Below are positions 7,563-16,258 of a stretch of DNA of 32,000 nt, in pieces. The translations under genes and the position numbers were made by a program. The notes beneath the pieces were generated by a model. It did not search any database. It was given only the letters and a program-made list of their open reading frames with translations, and was not told the DNA's origin. Numbering within the stretch: position 1 is the first letter of the stretch; each line of letters begins with the position of its first letter. This stretch comes from Candidatus Methylomirabilis limnetica. GTDB lineage: Bacteria; Methylomirabilota; Methylomirabilia; Methylomirabilales; Methylomirabilaceae. The stretch covers positions 1-32,000 of the forward strand of contig NZ_NVQC01000015.1 in NCBI RefSeq assembly GCF_003044035.1. Direction: 5' to 3'.

Positions 7563-8357
7563 TTACTCCCCGGCGGCACCGATGATCGCGCGATCGGGAT
7601 CGATCTCCTCACGAAGGATGCGAAGCTCTTCAGGCGTCGGGGGTGAAAGCTCCTCGACCCGTTCGGCAATGAGCGGGGTAAACTCCATCTCCTTGAGGGC
7701 GTCATCTACGCTCAGGCCACGCAGGACCCCCAACAGGATCATCTGCTTGGTCTGGTCATCGAATCCGTACAGGGCCTTGGAGGTCGCCACCCGCCAGGGT
7801 CCGGTATCCCTGGGCAAACCAGCTCGCTCGCGGGCCCCGGGCGTTCCATCCAGATACCCGGGGGAGGTTACGAAATCGACCTTCTCCACGAAACGGCGAT
7901 GCTCGTGCTTGATGACGATCACCGTCTGCCAGCACTGCGTGAGGACCTCGTTGGCCCCTCCACTCCCAGGAAATCGCTTCCGCGGGCGGTGGTAATCGGT
8001 TCCGAGCATGGTCGAGTTCAGGTTGCCGAACCGGTCGATCTGGGTAGCGCCGAGGACACCCATATCGATCATCCCAAGCTGGGCCTGCGCGAAGATGGTG
8101 TTCATGCTCGTCCAGGCGAGCGACCGATAGCAGTTGCGCGGCCCGCCCATCGTGAAGCGGACGAATGGGGTCTCGGGGAGCGCCCCGACCGCGCCGAATT
8201 CATAGACCTGGACCATCCGAGGGGCGTGCAGACGCTGGGCCAGGATCGCGGCGATCTGCGGCATCCCGTACCCGATGAAGGCAAGCGTACCGTCTTGAAT
8301 CAGCCTGGCGCACTGGCAGATCATGAACTCTGATTCGCTGAACTCCCTGCCGTTCAA
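7563..8357 (-). CDS. family I CoA-transferase, subunit B (glutaconate/3-oxoacid CoA-transferase beta-like)
   Basis: 264 aa. Supporting segments are AFIGYGMPQ, GATQIDRFGNLNST and FPGSGGANE. The start overlaps the subunit A stop (8354-8357). Confidence 0.85.
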   Translation of the reverse strand: MNGREFSESEFMICQCARLIQDGTLAFIGYGMPQIAAILAQRLHAPRMVQVYEFGAVGALPETPFVRFTMGGPRNCYRSLAWTSMNTIFAQAQLGMIDMGVLGATQIDRFGNLNSTMLGTDYHRPRKRFPGSGGANEVLTQCWQTVIVIKHEHRRFVEKVDFVTSPGYLDGTPGARERAGLPRDTGPWRVATSKALYGFDDQTKQMILLGVLRGLSVDDALKEMEFTPLIAERVEELSPPTPEELRILREEIDPDRAIIGAAGE

Positions 8358-9334
8358 TGGTACCCCTCCTTGATCGTAGCCTGTCGCTTCAGTTCCAAGA
8401 GCCTTGCTACCCCCACGCGCTTCTCCAAAAACTCCTCGTGAGAGGCCACGCTGTAGACATACTTGTCGAGATAGGCGGCCATCTTCTGTTCGTCGCGTGA
8501 GGCGCCCATAAACTCCAGGAAGTGCGGGGTATCCATCTCGTAGATCCCCTGCGTCCCGCCCGGCAGGCAGCCAAATGGGGCATAGACGACGGCATCCACC
8601 ATGTAGTACGGGATGGTGGTCTTCGACGGCTCCTTGCGGATGTCGTCGGTCGTGATGATTTCTTCGGTAGAGATAATCGTCCGTTTGGAGGCCATGGCCG
8701 TTTCAAGCGGTGAGACGCCAGGACCGAAGCAGCGAGCGTTGCCGTAGATGTCGCACTGGTGGACATGGACCAGCCCGACATCGGGATTCACGGCGGGGAC
8801 CAGCGCGATCGGCTTGCCGGTGAAGGGATCCTGCACCACCTTGGCGCCGGAGTAGGTCAGGGTATCGGTGGCCAGCAGGCTCCTGGTCGGCAGAAACGGC
8901 ACCCCCATCGCCCCGGCCAGGTGGCGGAGCGTGAGCGTACCGTTGGTCCACTCCGTCACCTTGATCCGCCCCTCCTCCACCCACTTGCCGATGAGGTAGC
9001 CCAGACCCAGAAATCCCACGTCGACCCCCCGTAAGCAACCTCCGGCCGCCAGCAGCGTGGTCTCCATGAGCGTGAACTTGGCCGCAAACCAGAGGTTCAG
9101 TCTCCGTTGGCGGATGATCTCCCGAACGAGCGAGGCCGGGCCTCGGGTGAAGGAGGAGAAGTCGAAGCTGACATAATCGCCGTCCTTCACATAGCGGCGA
9201 ACCGCCTCAGCTTCGGGCATGACCTTGTCCACCATCTGCCGCCGCTTCTCGGTCCGCATGAAGGCGCGCAGATCGTCCGGGTCTGTGACGCTGAATTCCC
9301 CCACTCCTGCCTGAAGCACATCCATCGCGTACAT
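8354..9334 (-). CDS. family I CoA-transferase, subunit A (GctA-like)
   Basis: 326 aa, with length and sequence character typical of GctA-type alpha subunits. It is translationally coupled to subunit B. The start may be the ATG at 9325 (MDVLQ...). Confidence 0.8.
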   Translation of the reverse strand: MYAMDVLQAGVGEFSVTDPDDLRAFMRTEKRRQMVDKVMPEAEAVRRYVKDGDYVSFDFSSFTRGPASLVREIIRQRRLNLWFAAKFTLMETTLLAAGGCLRGVDVGFLGLGYLIGKWVEEGRIKVTEWTNGTLTLRHLAGAMGVPFLPTRSLLATDTLTYSGAKVVQDPFTGKPIALVPAVNPDVGLVHVHQCDIYGNARCFGPGVSPLETAMASKRTIISTEEIITTDDIRKEPSKTTIPYYMVDAVVYAPFGCLPGGTQGIYEMDTPHFLEFMGASRDEQKMAAYLDKYVYSVASHEEFLEKRVGVARLLELKRQATIKEGYH

Positions 9335-9365
9335 CTCCTGTTACCCTACTTTAATCGAGAGGCTC

Positions 9366-9453
9366 GTCATTGCGAGCGACCAACGGAAGCGCGGCAATCT
9401 CACCGTATTTCCACTGCGAGATTGCTTCGGTCGCTACGCTCCAGCGCAATGAC
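9366..9453. repeat. palindromic REP unit, GTCATTGCG...CGCAATGAC family
   Basis: gtcattgcgagcgaccaacggaagcgcggcaatctc ... gagattgcttcggtcgctacgctccagcgcaatgac, with self-complementary ends. It belongs to the same family as 20724-20800. Confidence 0.75.
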
Positions 9454-9470
9454 CCCTAATGGAGACTTTT

Positions 9471-9624
9471 GAAGCAATACCCCATGCGCCGGCGGCACGC
9501 CCATGGGCATGAAAGTTGGTAGCGTGCACCCTCCAACCTCCTCCCCTTTGTAGGGGCAGGCCTTGTGCCTGCCCGGATTGGGCGACCACAAGGGTCGCCC
9601 CTACGCTGAGGGCGGGAGACTTTC
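9471..9624. repeat. interspersed repeat, copy 1 (inverted partner at 30704-30828)
   Basis: It contains gtaggggcaggccttgtgcctgcccggattgggcgaccacaagggtcgcccctac. Its reverse complement matches 30704-30828 at roughly 90%, apart from an indel of about 25 nt. The same artefactual peptide SPALSVGATLVVAQSGQAQGLPLQR appears in track ORFs on opposite strands. Confidence 0.8.
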
Positions 9625-9650
9625 GAAGCAATGACACGTGCTCGCTCCCT

Positions 9651-10589
9651 CTACAGGCCGATCTTTGCGAGGACTTCGTCCACGGCGGTGTACGGATCGA
9701 GCGCGCGATCGGCGACACGGGCGATCAGCTCCTTCATCCCCCCGTTCTGCTCGAACCGCTCCAGCGCTCTGGCCGTGAGTCTCTCCTGAAGCAGCGCAAC
9801 AAACACGCGCTCACTTCGCGCTCGCCCCTTCTGCTTCCGCAGATCGCACTTATCCATGAACACCTTGTGCTCAAAGATCGCATCCAGCAGCGCTGCAACG
9901 CCCTCCCCCGTCGTGGCGACCGTCTTGAGAATCTTTGGAGACCAGCCAGCCGCCTCCGGCGCCATGTGCAGCATCATCTCAAGCTCAGTGGCCGTCCGGC
10001 TCGCGCCCTCCCGGTCTGCCTTGTTGACTACGAATAGATCGCCAATCTCCAGGATGCCCGCCTTGAGCGTTTGAACTTCGTCACCGAGACCCGGAACCGA
10101 GACCACCACGCAGGTGTGCGCCGTTCCCACGACCTCTACCTCGTCCTGGCCGACCCCCACCGTTTCGATCAGAATCACCTCTTTCCCCGCCGCATCCATG
10201 ACGTCTACGATCTCGTTGGTAGCACGGGCCAAGCCACCTAGATGGCCTCGCGTTGCCATGCTGCGGATAAAGACGCCGGTGTCAAGGCTGTGGCTTTGCA
10301 TCCGAATCCGGTCTGCCAGAATCGCCCCGCCGGTGAACGGGCTCGTCGGGTCCACCGCGACAATCCCCACCGTCTTGTCGCGCTTTCGCAACTCTTCAGT
10401 GAGCCGGTCTGCCAACGTGCTCTTCCCTGAGCCTGGAGGACCGGTGATCCCGATGATGTGGGCCGAGCCGGTGTGGGCGTAGAGCGACTTTAGCGCAGCC
10501 CTGGCCTCGGCGTCGCCGTTTTCGATCATCGTCATCAGGCGGGCCGCTGCGCGGACATCACCTTTTAGAATTTTCTGCACCAGCTCCAT
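9651..10589 (-). CDS. meaB: methylmalonyl-CoA mutase-associated GTPase MeaB/ArgK family
   Basis: P-loop GITGPPGSGKSTL, plus ETVGVGQ and the NKAD motif. The 312-aa length is typical for the family. Confidence 0.9.
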   Translation of the reverse strand: MELVQKILKGDVRAAARLMTMIENGDAEARAALKSLYAHTGSAHIIGITGPPGSGKSTLADRLTEELRKRDKTVGIVAVDPTSPFTGGAILADRIRMQSHSLDTGVFIRSMATRGHLGGLARATNEIVDVMDAAGKEVILIETVGVGQDEVEVVGTAHTCVVVSVPGLGDEVQTLKAGILEIGDLFVVNKADREGASRTATELEMMLHMAPEAAGWSPKILKTVATTGEGVAALLDAIFEHKVFMDKCDLRKQKGRARSERVFVALLQERLTARALERFEQNGGMKELIARVADRALDPYTAVDEVLAKIGL

Positions 10590-10660
10590 GCGTCACCAAA
10601 TAAACAGGGTATAGGGTCTAGGGTAGGACACTGGGAGACCGGGCGCAGCGAGCAGCGCCC

Positions 10661-11812
10661 CTACACATACGCTCGGCCAAGAAGTTCGCGAGCGATGATC
10701 AGGCGCTGGATCTCTGAGGTCCCTTCACCGATGGCGCAAAACTTGGCGTCCCGGAAATACCGTTCGACTGGGAACTCCTTGATGTAGCCATAGCCGCCGT
10801 GGATCTGCACCGCCTCAGTGGCCGCCTTCATGGCCGTCTCTGCGGAGAAGAGCTTGGCGTACGACGCCTCCTTCGTGAATGGCTGACCGGCATCTTTCAG
10901 GGAGGCGGCCTGCCAGAGAAGGAGCCTGGCCGCATCGATCTCGGTCGCCATATCGGCTATCTTCCACTGGATCGCCTGGAAGTCCGCGATTGGCTGGCCG
11001 AAGGCCTGTCGTCCTTTGGCATACTTCAGCCCTTCCTCCAGACAGCCGCGAGCGATGCCAACGCTGAGGGCGGCCATCCCGATCCTCCCCGCATCCAGGA
11101 TCGTCAACGCATCAATGAAGCCGTGGTTCAGCTCGCCCAGCAGATTCGCCTCCGGGATGCGCGCGCCTTCCAGAATGATTTGGGCTGTATCGGAGGCCCG
11201 AAATCCCATCTTGTGCTCTTTCCGGCCGACCCGCAATCCAGGCGTCCCCTGCTCCACGATGAAGGCCGAGATCCCCCTCTCCCGCGCAGCCCGATTGGTG
11301 AGCGCCATGATTACATAGATGCCTGCCACGCTTCCCTGCGTGACAAAGTTCTTTGTCCCGTTCAGCACCCACTGATCGCCATCACGCGTTGCAGTGGCCT
11401 GCATCCCGGCCGCATCGCTCCCCGACCCGGGCTCCGTCATCGCCCACGCGCCAAGGGCCTGTCCGCCGGTCAATCGGGGTAGATGCTGCCTTCTCTGAGC
11501 CTCGCTTCCGAAGAGATAGATATGATTGCTACAGAGCGAATTGTGCGACTCCACAGTCAGAGCGACCGACGCATCGTACCGCCCGAGCTCCTCCAGGATC
11601 AGGGCATAGGTGATGTAGTCCATCGCCGTACCGCCGTACGCCTTCGGAAAGAGGATCCCCATGAGCCCGAGCTCCGACAGCTCCCGAATGATCTCGGCCG
11701 GGAACTGCTCTTGCTCGTCAAGCTCGGCTGCGACCGGCGCGATCTCTCGCTCGGCAAACTCCCTGACCATCGTCTGAACCGCCTGCTGTTCCTCGCTCAG
11801 ATCAAAGTCCAT
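10661..11812 (-). CDS. acyl-CoA dehydrogenase (short/medium-chain type)
   Basis: [12 protein letters not shown]..., [14 protein letters not shown], and C-terminal [26 protein letters not shown]...[18 protein letters not shown] prefer the ATG at 11812 (GAGGGG upstream) over the track start at 11881. Confidence 0.9.
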   Translation of the reverse strand: MDFDLSEEQQAVQTMVREFAEREIAPVAAELDEQEQFPAEIIRELSELGLMGILFPKAYGGTAMDYITYALILEELGRYDASVALTVESHNSLCSNHIYLFGSEAQRRQHLPRLTGGQALGAWAMTEPGSGSDAAGMQATATRDGDQWVLNGTKNFVTQGSVAGIYVIMALTNRAARERGISAFIVEQGTPGLRVGRKEHKMGFRASDTAQIILEGARIPEANLLGELNHGFIDALTILDAGRIGMAALSVGIARGCLEEGLKYAKGRQAFGQPIADFQAIQWKIADMATEIDAARLLLWQAASLKDAGQPFTKEASYAKLFSAETAMKAATEAVQIHGGYGYIKEFPVERYFRDAKFCAIGEGTSEIQRLIIARELLGRAYV

Positions 11813-11911
11813 CCCTCGCCCCTCTGGCGTCGAGATTTGACCGCCGTCGTAATCGGATTGCGTGTTGTTGCCATGCACCATTCACAACCTTTGCCGTCGG
11901 ACTGCATTGGA

Positions 11912-12406
11912 TTAATCGTCACGCTGCTCACCTTTTTGTTCGCTCTCATGCTTGCTCTCGAAGGTGGCAACCAGCCCTTGAATGAATGCCTGCTTCTCGG
12001 AAGCGGATAGTCTTGCTGATGGGTGTAAGATTGTATAGCGCGTTGGCGGCATCGAGCCACTTCGGACAGTTTCTGCAGCATTGTTACTATTACTCTTTCC
12101 ACGTCCCCATTCTGACACGTTGAAGGCAACGCGACTTTTGTCAATATCGTATTGGATGAGCCATGAGATGGGTGCAATGTAGCCATACCATGGCCAGACG
12201 GTTCCGTTGCTGTGACAATCACCGCAGGCGCGGAAAAAAAGCTCTCTCGTCTGAGGGCTGTCCCATTTAGGCTCCGCTTTCACCGAGGGATCATTGTGCC
12301 CTCGGCCGTAGGGGATGAACTGAAGGCCAATGAAAATCAAGGCTGCTTCTGAAATAGCCAAGGTGAACACAATAGTTTTGAACCAAGAAAAGTGCGTCTT
12401 ATGCAT
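11912..12406 (-). CDS. haem-binding domain (Haem_bd, CxxCH) membrane-anchored protein
   Basis: ATG at 12406, preceded by GGAGGAG. The N-terminal TM segment is followed by [41 protein letters not shown], which is the pattern of the Haem_bd family. The ORF is AT-richer than its neighbours. Confidence 0.75.
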   Translation of the reverse strand: MHKTHFSWFKTIVFTLAISEAALIFIGLQFIPYGRGHNDPSVKAEPKWDSPQTRELFFRACGDCHSNGTVWPWYGYIAPISWLIQYDIDKSRVAFNVSEWGRGKSNSNNAAETVRSGSMPPTRYTILHPSARLSASEKQAFIQGLVATFESKHESEQKGEQRDD

Positions 12407-12587
12407 ATAGCTCCTCCACAAATAACGGCACGTGGGCTAGCGCCCCCCGTTCAGTGGCTTGCGAAACGCCAGCTGAGCAAATGCGAGAACAAGGCATAAC
12501 TCGCGTAGAACATGGAGCACCAAACCGTCTGAACTGGACTCAATGATCCCGCCGCGATCCAGTCCAGCGCGTCGTTCGCTGCGGTTA

Positions 12588-13127
12588 CTACACCAGGTCC
12601 AACGGACGATGAGGCGGCGGAGGCAGCTCAACTCCCACCACGTCTCCGGGTCGTACCACCCCGCCCACCAGTACCACCCCCATGATACCCGCCTTGCGGA
12701 CCAGTCGACCGGACCCATCCCGGTCCAGCACCGCCGCCATCAGCCCAGGCCGGAAGGCGTCGAGCTGAGCGCACGGGTTGCGCAATCCGGTCACCTCTAC
12801 GACTGCATCCAGACCAAGTCGAAGCAGGGTGCCGATGGGCAGGGCGAGCAGGTCGACGCCTCTGATGGTGACGTTCTCGCCCATCTGACCGGGGGATACG
12901 TCGAACCCGGCAACCCGCAGCTCGTCGTGTAGTTCGGTGTGGATCAGGTGGACCTGCCGCAGGTTCGGCCTCGTCGGGTCGACCGCCACGCGCGAGCGGT
13001 GTTTGACCGTTCGCCCGAGGTGGGCGTCACCCTCCACGCCAAGGCCTGCGAGCAGACGAATGGCAGCGAGTGGCGGCTTGCCGAACGAGTGCGTCGAGCT
13101 ACAGCACACCGCCACTACTTCACCCAT
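12588..13127 (-). CDS. MOSC domain-containing protein
   Basis: GLGVEGDAH, RQVHLIH.EL, SPGQMGENVTIRGVDL and EVTGLRNPC are typical of MOSC/YiiM-like proteins. The ATG at 13127 is preferred over the GTG at 13142. Confidence 0.8.
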   Translation of the reverse strand: MGEVVAVCCSSTHSFGKPPLAAIRLLAGLGVEGDAHLGRTVKHRSRVAVDPTRPNLRQVHLIHTELHDELRVAGFDVSPGQMGENVTIRGVDLLALPIGTLLRLGLDAVVEVTGLRNPCAQLDAFRPGLMAAVLDRDGSGRLVRKAGIMGVVLVGGVVRPGDVVGVELPPPPHRPLDLV

Positions 13128-13283
13128 CGGTCTGGCCCTCACCGTCTGACATTACCGTTTACCGGCATACGGTCGTGCGTCCGTGTACAGCCGCCGGGTC
13201 AGCCTTCCGCTGTCTCTTGATGAACGCATAAGCTGGCGCTGCACTACCTCCAACCGGCTAATCCGAAGTCGGCAGGGTTAAGA

Positions 13284-13826
13284 TCACGGAGTCACTTTTT
13301 TTTCCGACGGTGGGCAGTCAAATCTGAAGATATGAACGCTCCCGCCGTTCCACTGCGTAACCTTTGCGCCTCCCTGGCCCTCAAGCGGCTTTTCTGGACG
13401 GACCGGATGACTCTCGCCAAACAGAACGATCGGCGTCTCGGTTAGCAGTGTGAACTTTTTCTCGTTAGCCAGAACCTTAAAGGTGGCCTTCCAACCGCTG
13501 TCGCCCATTTTTTCAACACGCAATTTCAGTTTGGGACAGTCGTCGGTTGTCAGTGGAATAAGAATCTTGGCTCCGGCCCAAGGCGCCCTCCGATAGTAAT
13601 ATGAGTCCTTCGTGAAGAGCCAGTTGCGAAAGATCCAGTTGGAATCGTAGACCACGACGGTGTCGTCTTTTAGGATTTGAAAATTAATCGGTTCGCCTTT
13701 GGCTTTGTCACCGTCCTTGGTATTGATTTCAAAAAGTAAATCAACAATATCTGTTGCTAAGGCTGCCTGAAACGAGCCCAGCAGAAGGACACTGATGACA
13801 GCACCCGTAGTCAAATATCTCCGCAT
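13284..13826 (-). CDS. secreted hypothetical protein (about 155-aa mature, beta-rich, two Cys)
   Basis: Start at the ATG at 13826, preceded by AAGGAG. The signal peptide is MRRYLTTGAVISVLLLGSFQAALA. I recognise no domain. The ORF is visibly AT-richer. Confidence 0.6.
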   Translation of the reverse strand: MRRYLTTGAVISVLLLGSFQAALATDIVDLLFEINTKDGDKAKGEPINFQILKDDTVVVYDSNWIFRNWLFTKDSYYYRRAPWAGAKILIPLTTDDCPKLKLRVEKMGDSGWKATFKVLANEKKFTLLTETPIVLFGESHPVRPEKPLEGQGGAKVTQWNGGSVHIFRFDCPPSEKKVTP

Positions 13827-14044
13827 TATTGTTCGCTCCTTCTTAAGGTAAACACAGCCCGGCAAGACATCTTTTCATAGCGTCCAATGCGTGCGGCGTG
13901 CGCTCCTATCCTCAGATTGTCAAGATGAGATGTTCGGGCTTTGCGAGGGCTAAAACGCTTGCCCCTATATCGAGTACGAGCAGGCAACCACCATAAGGGT
14001 ACTGGGTTTGCGTGGAAAACACAGAGGTTTTCCCTGGCGGCTAA

Positions 14045-14137
14045 CGGCTCGCAGAACCGTGCGGCGACGCCGTGTCCGAGTTGATGCCTGGTTATCAGCC
14101 GATGCAGGCACATCCACACAAATGGTCACTGCCCCTG
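14045..14137. repeat. 93/94-nt direct repeat, copy R1 (partner at 15222-15315)
   Basis: Hand alignment gives about 79% identity overall. The core 14061-14125 against 15239-15304 is about 86% (gcggcgaMgccgtgtccgagttgatg...cctggttatc...gcaggca...acaaatgg). The 1-nt indel breaks any common reading frame. Confidence 0.7.
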
Positions 14138-14259
14138 TGTGAACGGATGGCAGAGTGGCTGCGCCGGAGCCCCTGGCTTGATCGCGAGCGTGAGGGCATC
14201 GCGAGCGGCTCGCTTGTCGGAGGCGGCCGGGAGCGCGGAGCACAGGTGGGGGTTGACGG

Positions 14260-14442
14260 TCACTTCGCAATATAGGCATTCAGCCCGATGGTGAGGGGCT
14301 TTCCCTCTACGAGTACGTCCGTCTTCATATTCCCGCGTGTGCTGGCAACGACGAGAGTCTTTCCGCTTGCGCTCGGGGTGGGCGCCTCAAGGTCTGCCGT
14401 GATAATGAGCTTCCTGCCTTCGATCTTCGCGGTGACAGCCAT
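14260..14442 (-). CDS. small hypothetical protein, 60 aa
   Basis: ATG at 14442 with AGGAGG 7 nt upstream. The sequence is MAVTAKIEGRKLIITADLEAPTPSASGKTLVVASTRGNMKTDVLVEGKPLTIGLNAYIAK. The longer track ORF (to 14553) has no start signal as good. Confidence 0.5.
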   Translation of the reverse strand: MAVTAKIEGRKLIITADLEAPTPSASGKTLVVASTRGNMKTDVLVEGKPLTIGLNAYIAK

Positions 14443-14733
14443 GGGTGTTCCTCCTGTTGAGTGAGATGACGTGATCGCAGATCTGCCGCTGTCGTGTTCG
14501 GCCATGCGCTCATAAGCCTGGCGTGGTCCCAGGTACGTTGACCGATAAAACAAGTGTCACTTGACCCATTATCTTGCAGTACATGGAACCCAACGCTTGC
14601 CACTTGAGCCTTAACTCGGGGCTTGATTTTAGCATGGCTAGCCGGGTACCTGCAGCATAATCTTGCCACAGGATTAGAATGGAACGATAGCCTTGCCAAA
14701 AGTACTGGTATCTCAAGACGGTACGTGTGTGAC

Positions 14734-15183
14734 TCACGAGACTTCGAGAAAAGCCGCCTCTTCCACGCACTTCAAATATTCGGTCGTGGCCTGCTGCACA
14801 TCGAGTTGGCCCATTGTCAGACCGACCTCCAGGACTTCGAGCTTCTCGCGGCAACCCTGAGCTCGGATCACCTTCTCTTCAATCTTGTGCGACGTAAGCA
14901 GTTGCGTCGCGACGGTCGACATTGCCGAGCAGACGGACGCGGCCGCACACAGAACCCGCCAGGACGGTGAACCCAGACCAAGCACTCCGGTAAGCCACAC
15001 GGTAAATGCCTGTCCGCCGACAGCAGGGGCCGCCGTCAATGCCGCAGCAAGCGTGCCGCCCACAATCGTGGTGTTGATGAGTCGACGCTTCCGCGGTCGT
15101 GCGACTGAAAGGAATGTTTCCATTTGTATGCGCTTTTGCCTTATCCGGCTCACAAGCTCTTCGTTCGACATTGTGTTTATCAT
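14734..15183 (-). CDS. 2TM protein with SLATT-like architecture (tentative)
   Basis: Track ORF 14734..15222, opening with a GTG. The ATG at 15183 (MINTMSNEE) or 15171 is more likely. An N-terminal helix is followed by two hydrophobic helices (INTTIVGGTLAAALTAAPAV and VLCAAASVCSAMSTVATQLL) and a C-terminal helical segment (KIEEKVIRAQGCREKLEVLEVGL). Confidence 0.5.
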   Translation of the reverse strand: MINTMSNEELVSRIRQKRIQMETFLSVARPRKRRLINTTIVGGTLAAALTAAPAVGGQAFTVWLTGVLGLGSPSWRVLCAAASVCSAMSTVATQLLTSHKIEEKVIRAQGCREKLEVLEVGLTMGQLDVQQATTEYLKCVEEAAFLEVS

Positions 15184-15221
15184 GTTCTTAGTTTCCCCAT
15201 GGATGGTTAATGCCGGTCTCA

Positions 15222-15315
15222 CGGCGAGCAGAATAGGCGCGGCGAAGCCGTGTCCGAGTTGATGTCCTGGTTATCGTCCGACGCAGGCAAATCTCAACAA
15301 ATGGAGCCTGTCCTG
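15222..15315. repeat. 93/94-nt direct repeat, copy R2 (partner at 14045-14137)
   Basis: See R1. It lies immediately upstream of the 2TM gene on the minus strand and merges at its far end into a REP half-unit (15304-15355). Confidence 0.7.
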
Positions 15316-15355
15316 CAAACCCTCATTTACCCTTCGACAAGCTCAGGGTGAAAGG
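15304..15355. repeat. REP half-unit, gagcctgtcctgcaaa...tttacccttcgacaagctcagggtgaa family
   Basis: Same family as 16807-16925 and 18536-18662. Only the left half is present here. Confidence 0.75.
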
Positions 15356-15373
15356 CATCGCGATCGACGACAC

Positions 15374-15664
15374 TCAGACACCTACGACGATGCGAATTTC
15401 CCGTTCGGCACCGTCGCCAAGAGCGGCCAGCGCAGCCTGGTAGCCAGGACTGTCATGAGTGGCAACAGCCTGCTCGATACTCTCGAACTCGATCAGCACG
15501 ATGCGCTGTTTCAAGCCGTATTCGTAAACCTTCGCCGGCTCGCCACGCGCGAGAATGCGTCCTCCGCCCGCAGTGATTGCGGGACCGGCAAGCTTCGCGT
15601 ATGCGGCAAGCTTGTCAGGGTCCTTTACTGCGCGATATGCGCTGACCCAATAGGCCTTTGGCAT
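15374..15664 (-). CDS. DUF1330 domain-containing protein
   Basis: 96 aa. MPKAYWVSAYRAVKDPDKLAAY...GGRILARG...VLIEFESIEQAVATHDSPGYQAA matches the DUF1330 pattern. Confidence 0.85.
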   Translation of the reverse strand: MPKAYWVSAYRAVKDPDKLAAYAKLAGPAITAGGGRILARGEPAKVYEYGLKQRIVLIEFESIEQAVATHDSPGYQAALAALGDGAEREIRIVVGV

Positions 15665-15708
15665 GATGTTCCTCTTGCTCCTTTACTTTGTGCGCCTAAC
15701 ACGTTGAG

Positions 15709-15987
15709 CTAACCGGCCGCCCGCTTGCCGGCAGTCCGTGTTGAGCGATGGGTTCGATGTTCTGCATAAGAGTCAACGTAAGAGTCGATGAGCTTCCGAA
15801 TCATACGCTGATACTGCGTGTGATGCTTTGAGGCTTCGGACTTAAAGAACTCGACGCTCTTCTTGCTTAGAGCAATGGTGACTTTAACTCCTTCTTCTCG
15901 AAACGCAAGTTCCTCCGGTGGAGGGAGAAAATCCAGAATGACCTTGGCCTCAATAGGCTCGCTGGTGTACTTAATCTTTGCTCTCAT
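15709..15987 (-). CDS. brnA: BrnA-type antitoxin
   Basis: The ATG at 15987 (verified as cat at 15985-15987) overlaps the brnT stop by 17 nt. The sequence is MRAKIKYTSEPIEAKVILDFLPPPEELAFREEGVKVTIALSKKSVEFFKSEASKHHTQYQRMIRKLID, the typical BrnA layout downstream of BrnT. Confidence 0.75.
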   Translation of the reverse strand: MRAKIKYTSEPIEAKVILDFLPPPEELAFREEGVKVTIALSKKSVEFFKSEASKHHTQYQRMIRKLIDSYVDSYAEHRTHRSTRTAGKRAAG

Positions 15988-16249
15988 ACATTGCCTTTCC
16001 TTTCCGCCAGTAGCCGGCACCAAAGATTCGAATGACACCGCCGCGATAGGTAAAGCGGACGGTGAGAATACCCCCGTTAACTTCGCCGAAACACAAGTGG
16101 CGTTTCTCAGTTTTGCTGTGGGTAAGGTCTTCGGCAATGACACGGTGCGGGTCAGCGAAGGCATATTGAGCCAGAGAAAACGGTACTCCGTGCTTTTTCT
16201 GGTTCTCTTCATCCTTGGCAGAGTCCCAATCAAACCGTGCCTTATTCAT
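15971..16249 (-). CDS. brnT: BrnT-family ribonuclease toxin (DUF497)
   Basis: FDWDSAKDEENQKKHGVPFSLAQYAFADPHRVIAEDLTHSKTEKRHLCFGEV...RIFGAGYWRKG matches the BrnT/DUF497 pattern. Confidence 0.85.
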   Translation of the reverse strand: MNKARFDWDSAKDEENQKKHGVPFSLAQYAFADPHRVIAEDLTHSKTEKRHLCFGEVNGGILTVRFTYRGGVIRIFGAGYWRKGKAMYESKD

Positions 16250-16258
16250 TGGAATAGC

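Noticed and set aside
9516-11482. Plus-strand ORFs of 173, 122 and 227 aa opposite meaB and the acyl-CoA dehydrogenase gene
   Set aside because: These are antisense shadows of two confidently identified genes, with GC-skewed, low-complexity translations.
14072-14275. 67-aa plus-strand ORF covering repeat R1
   Set aside because: The homologous repeat R2 has a 1-nt indel that destroys the frame, so the similarity is at nucleotide level rather than coding.
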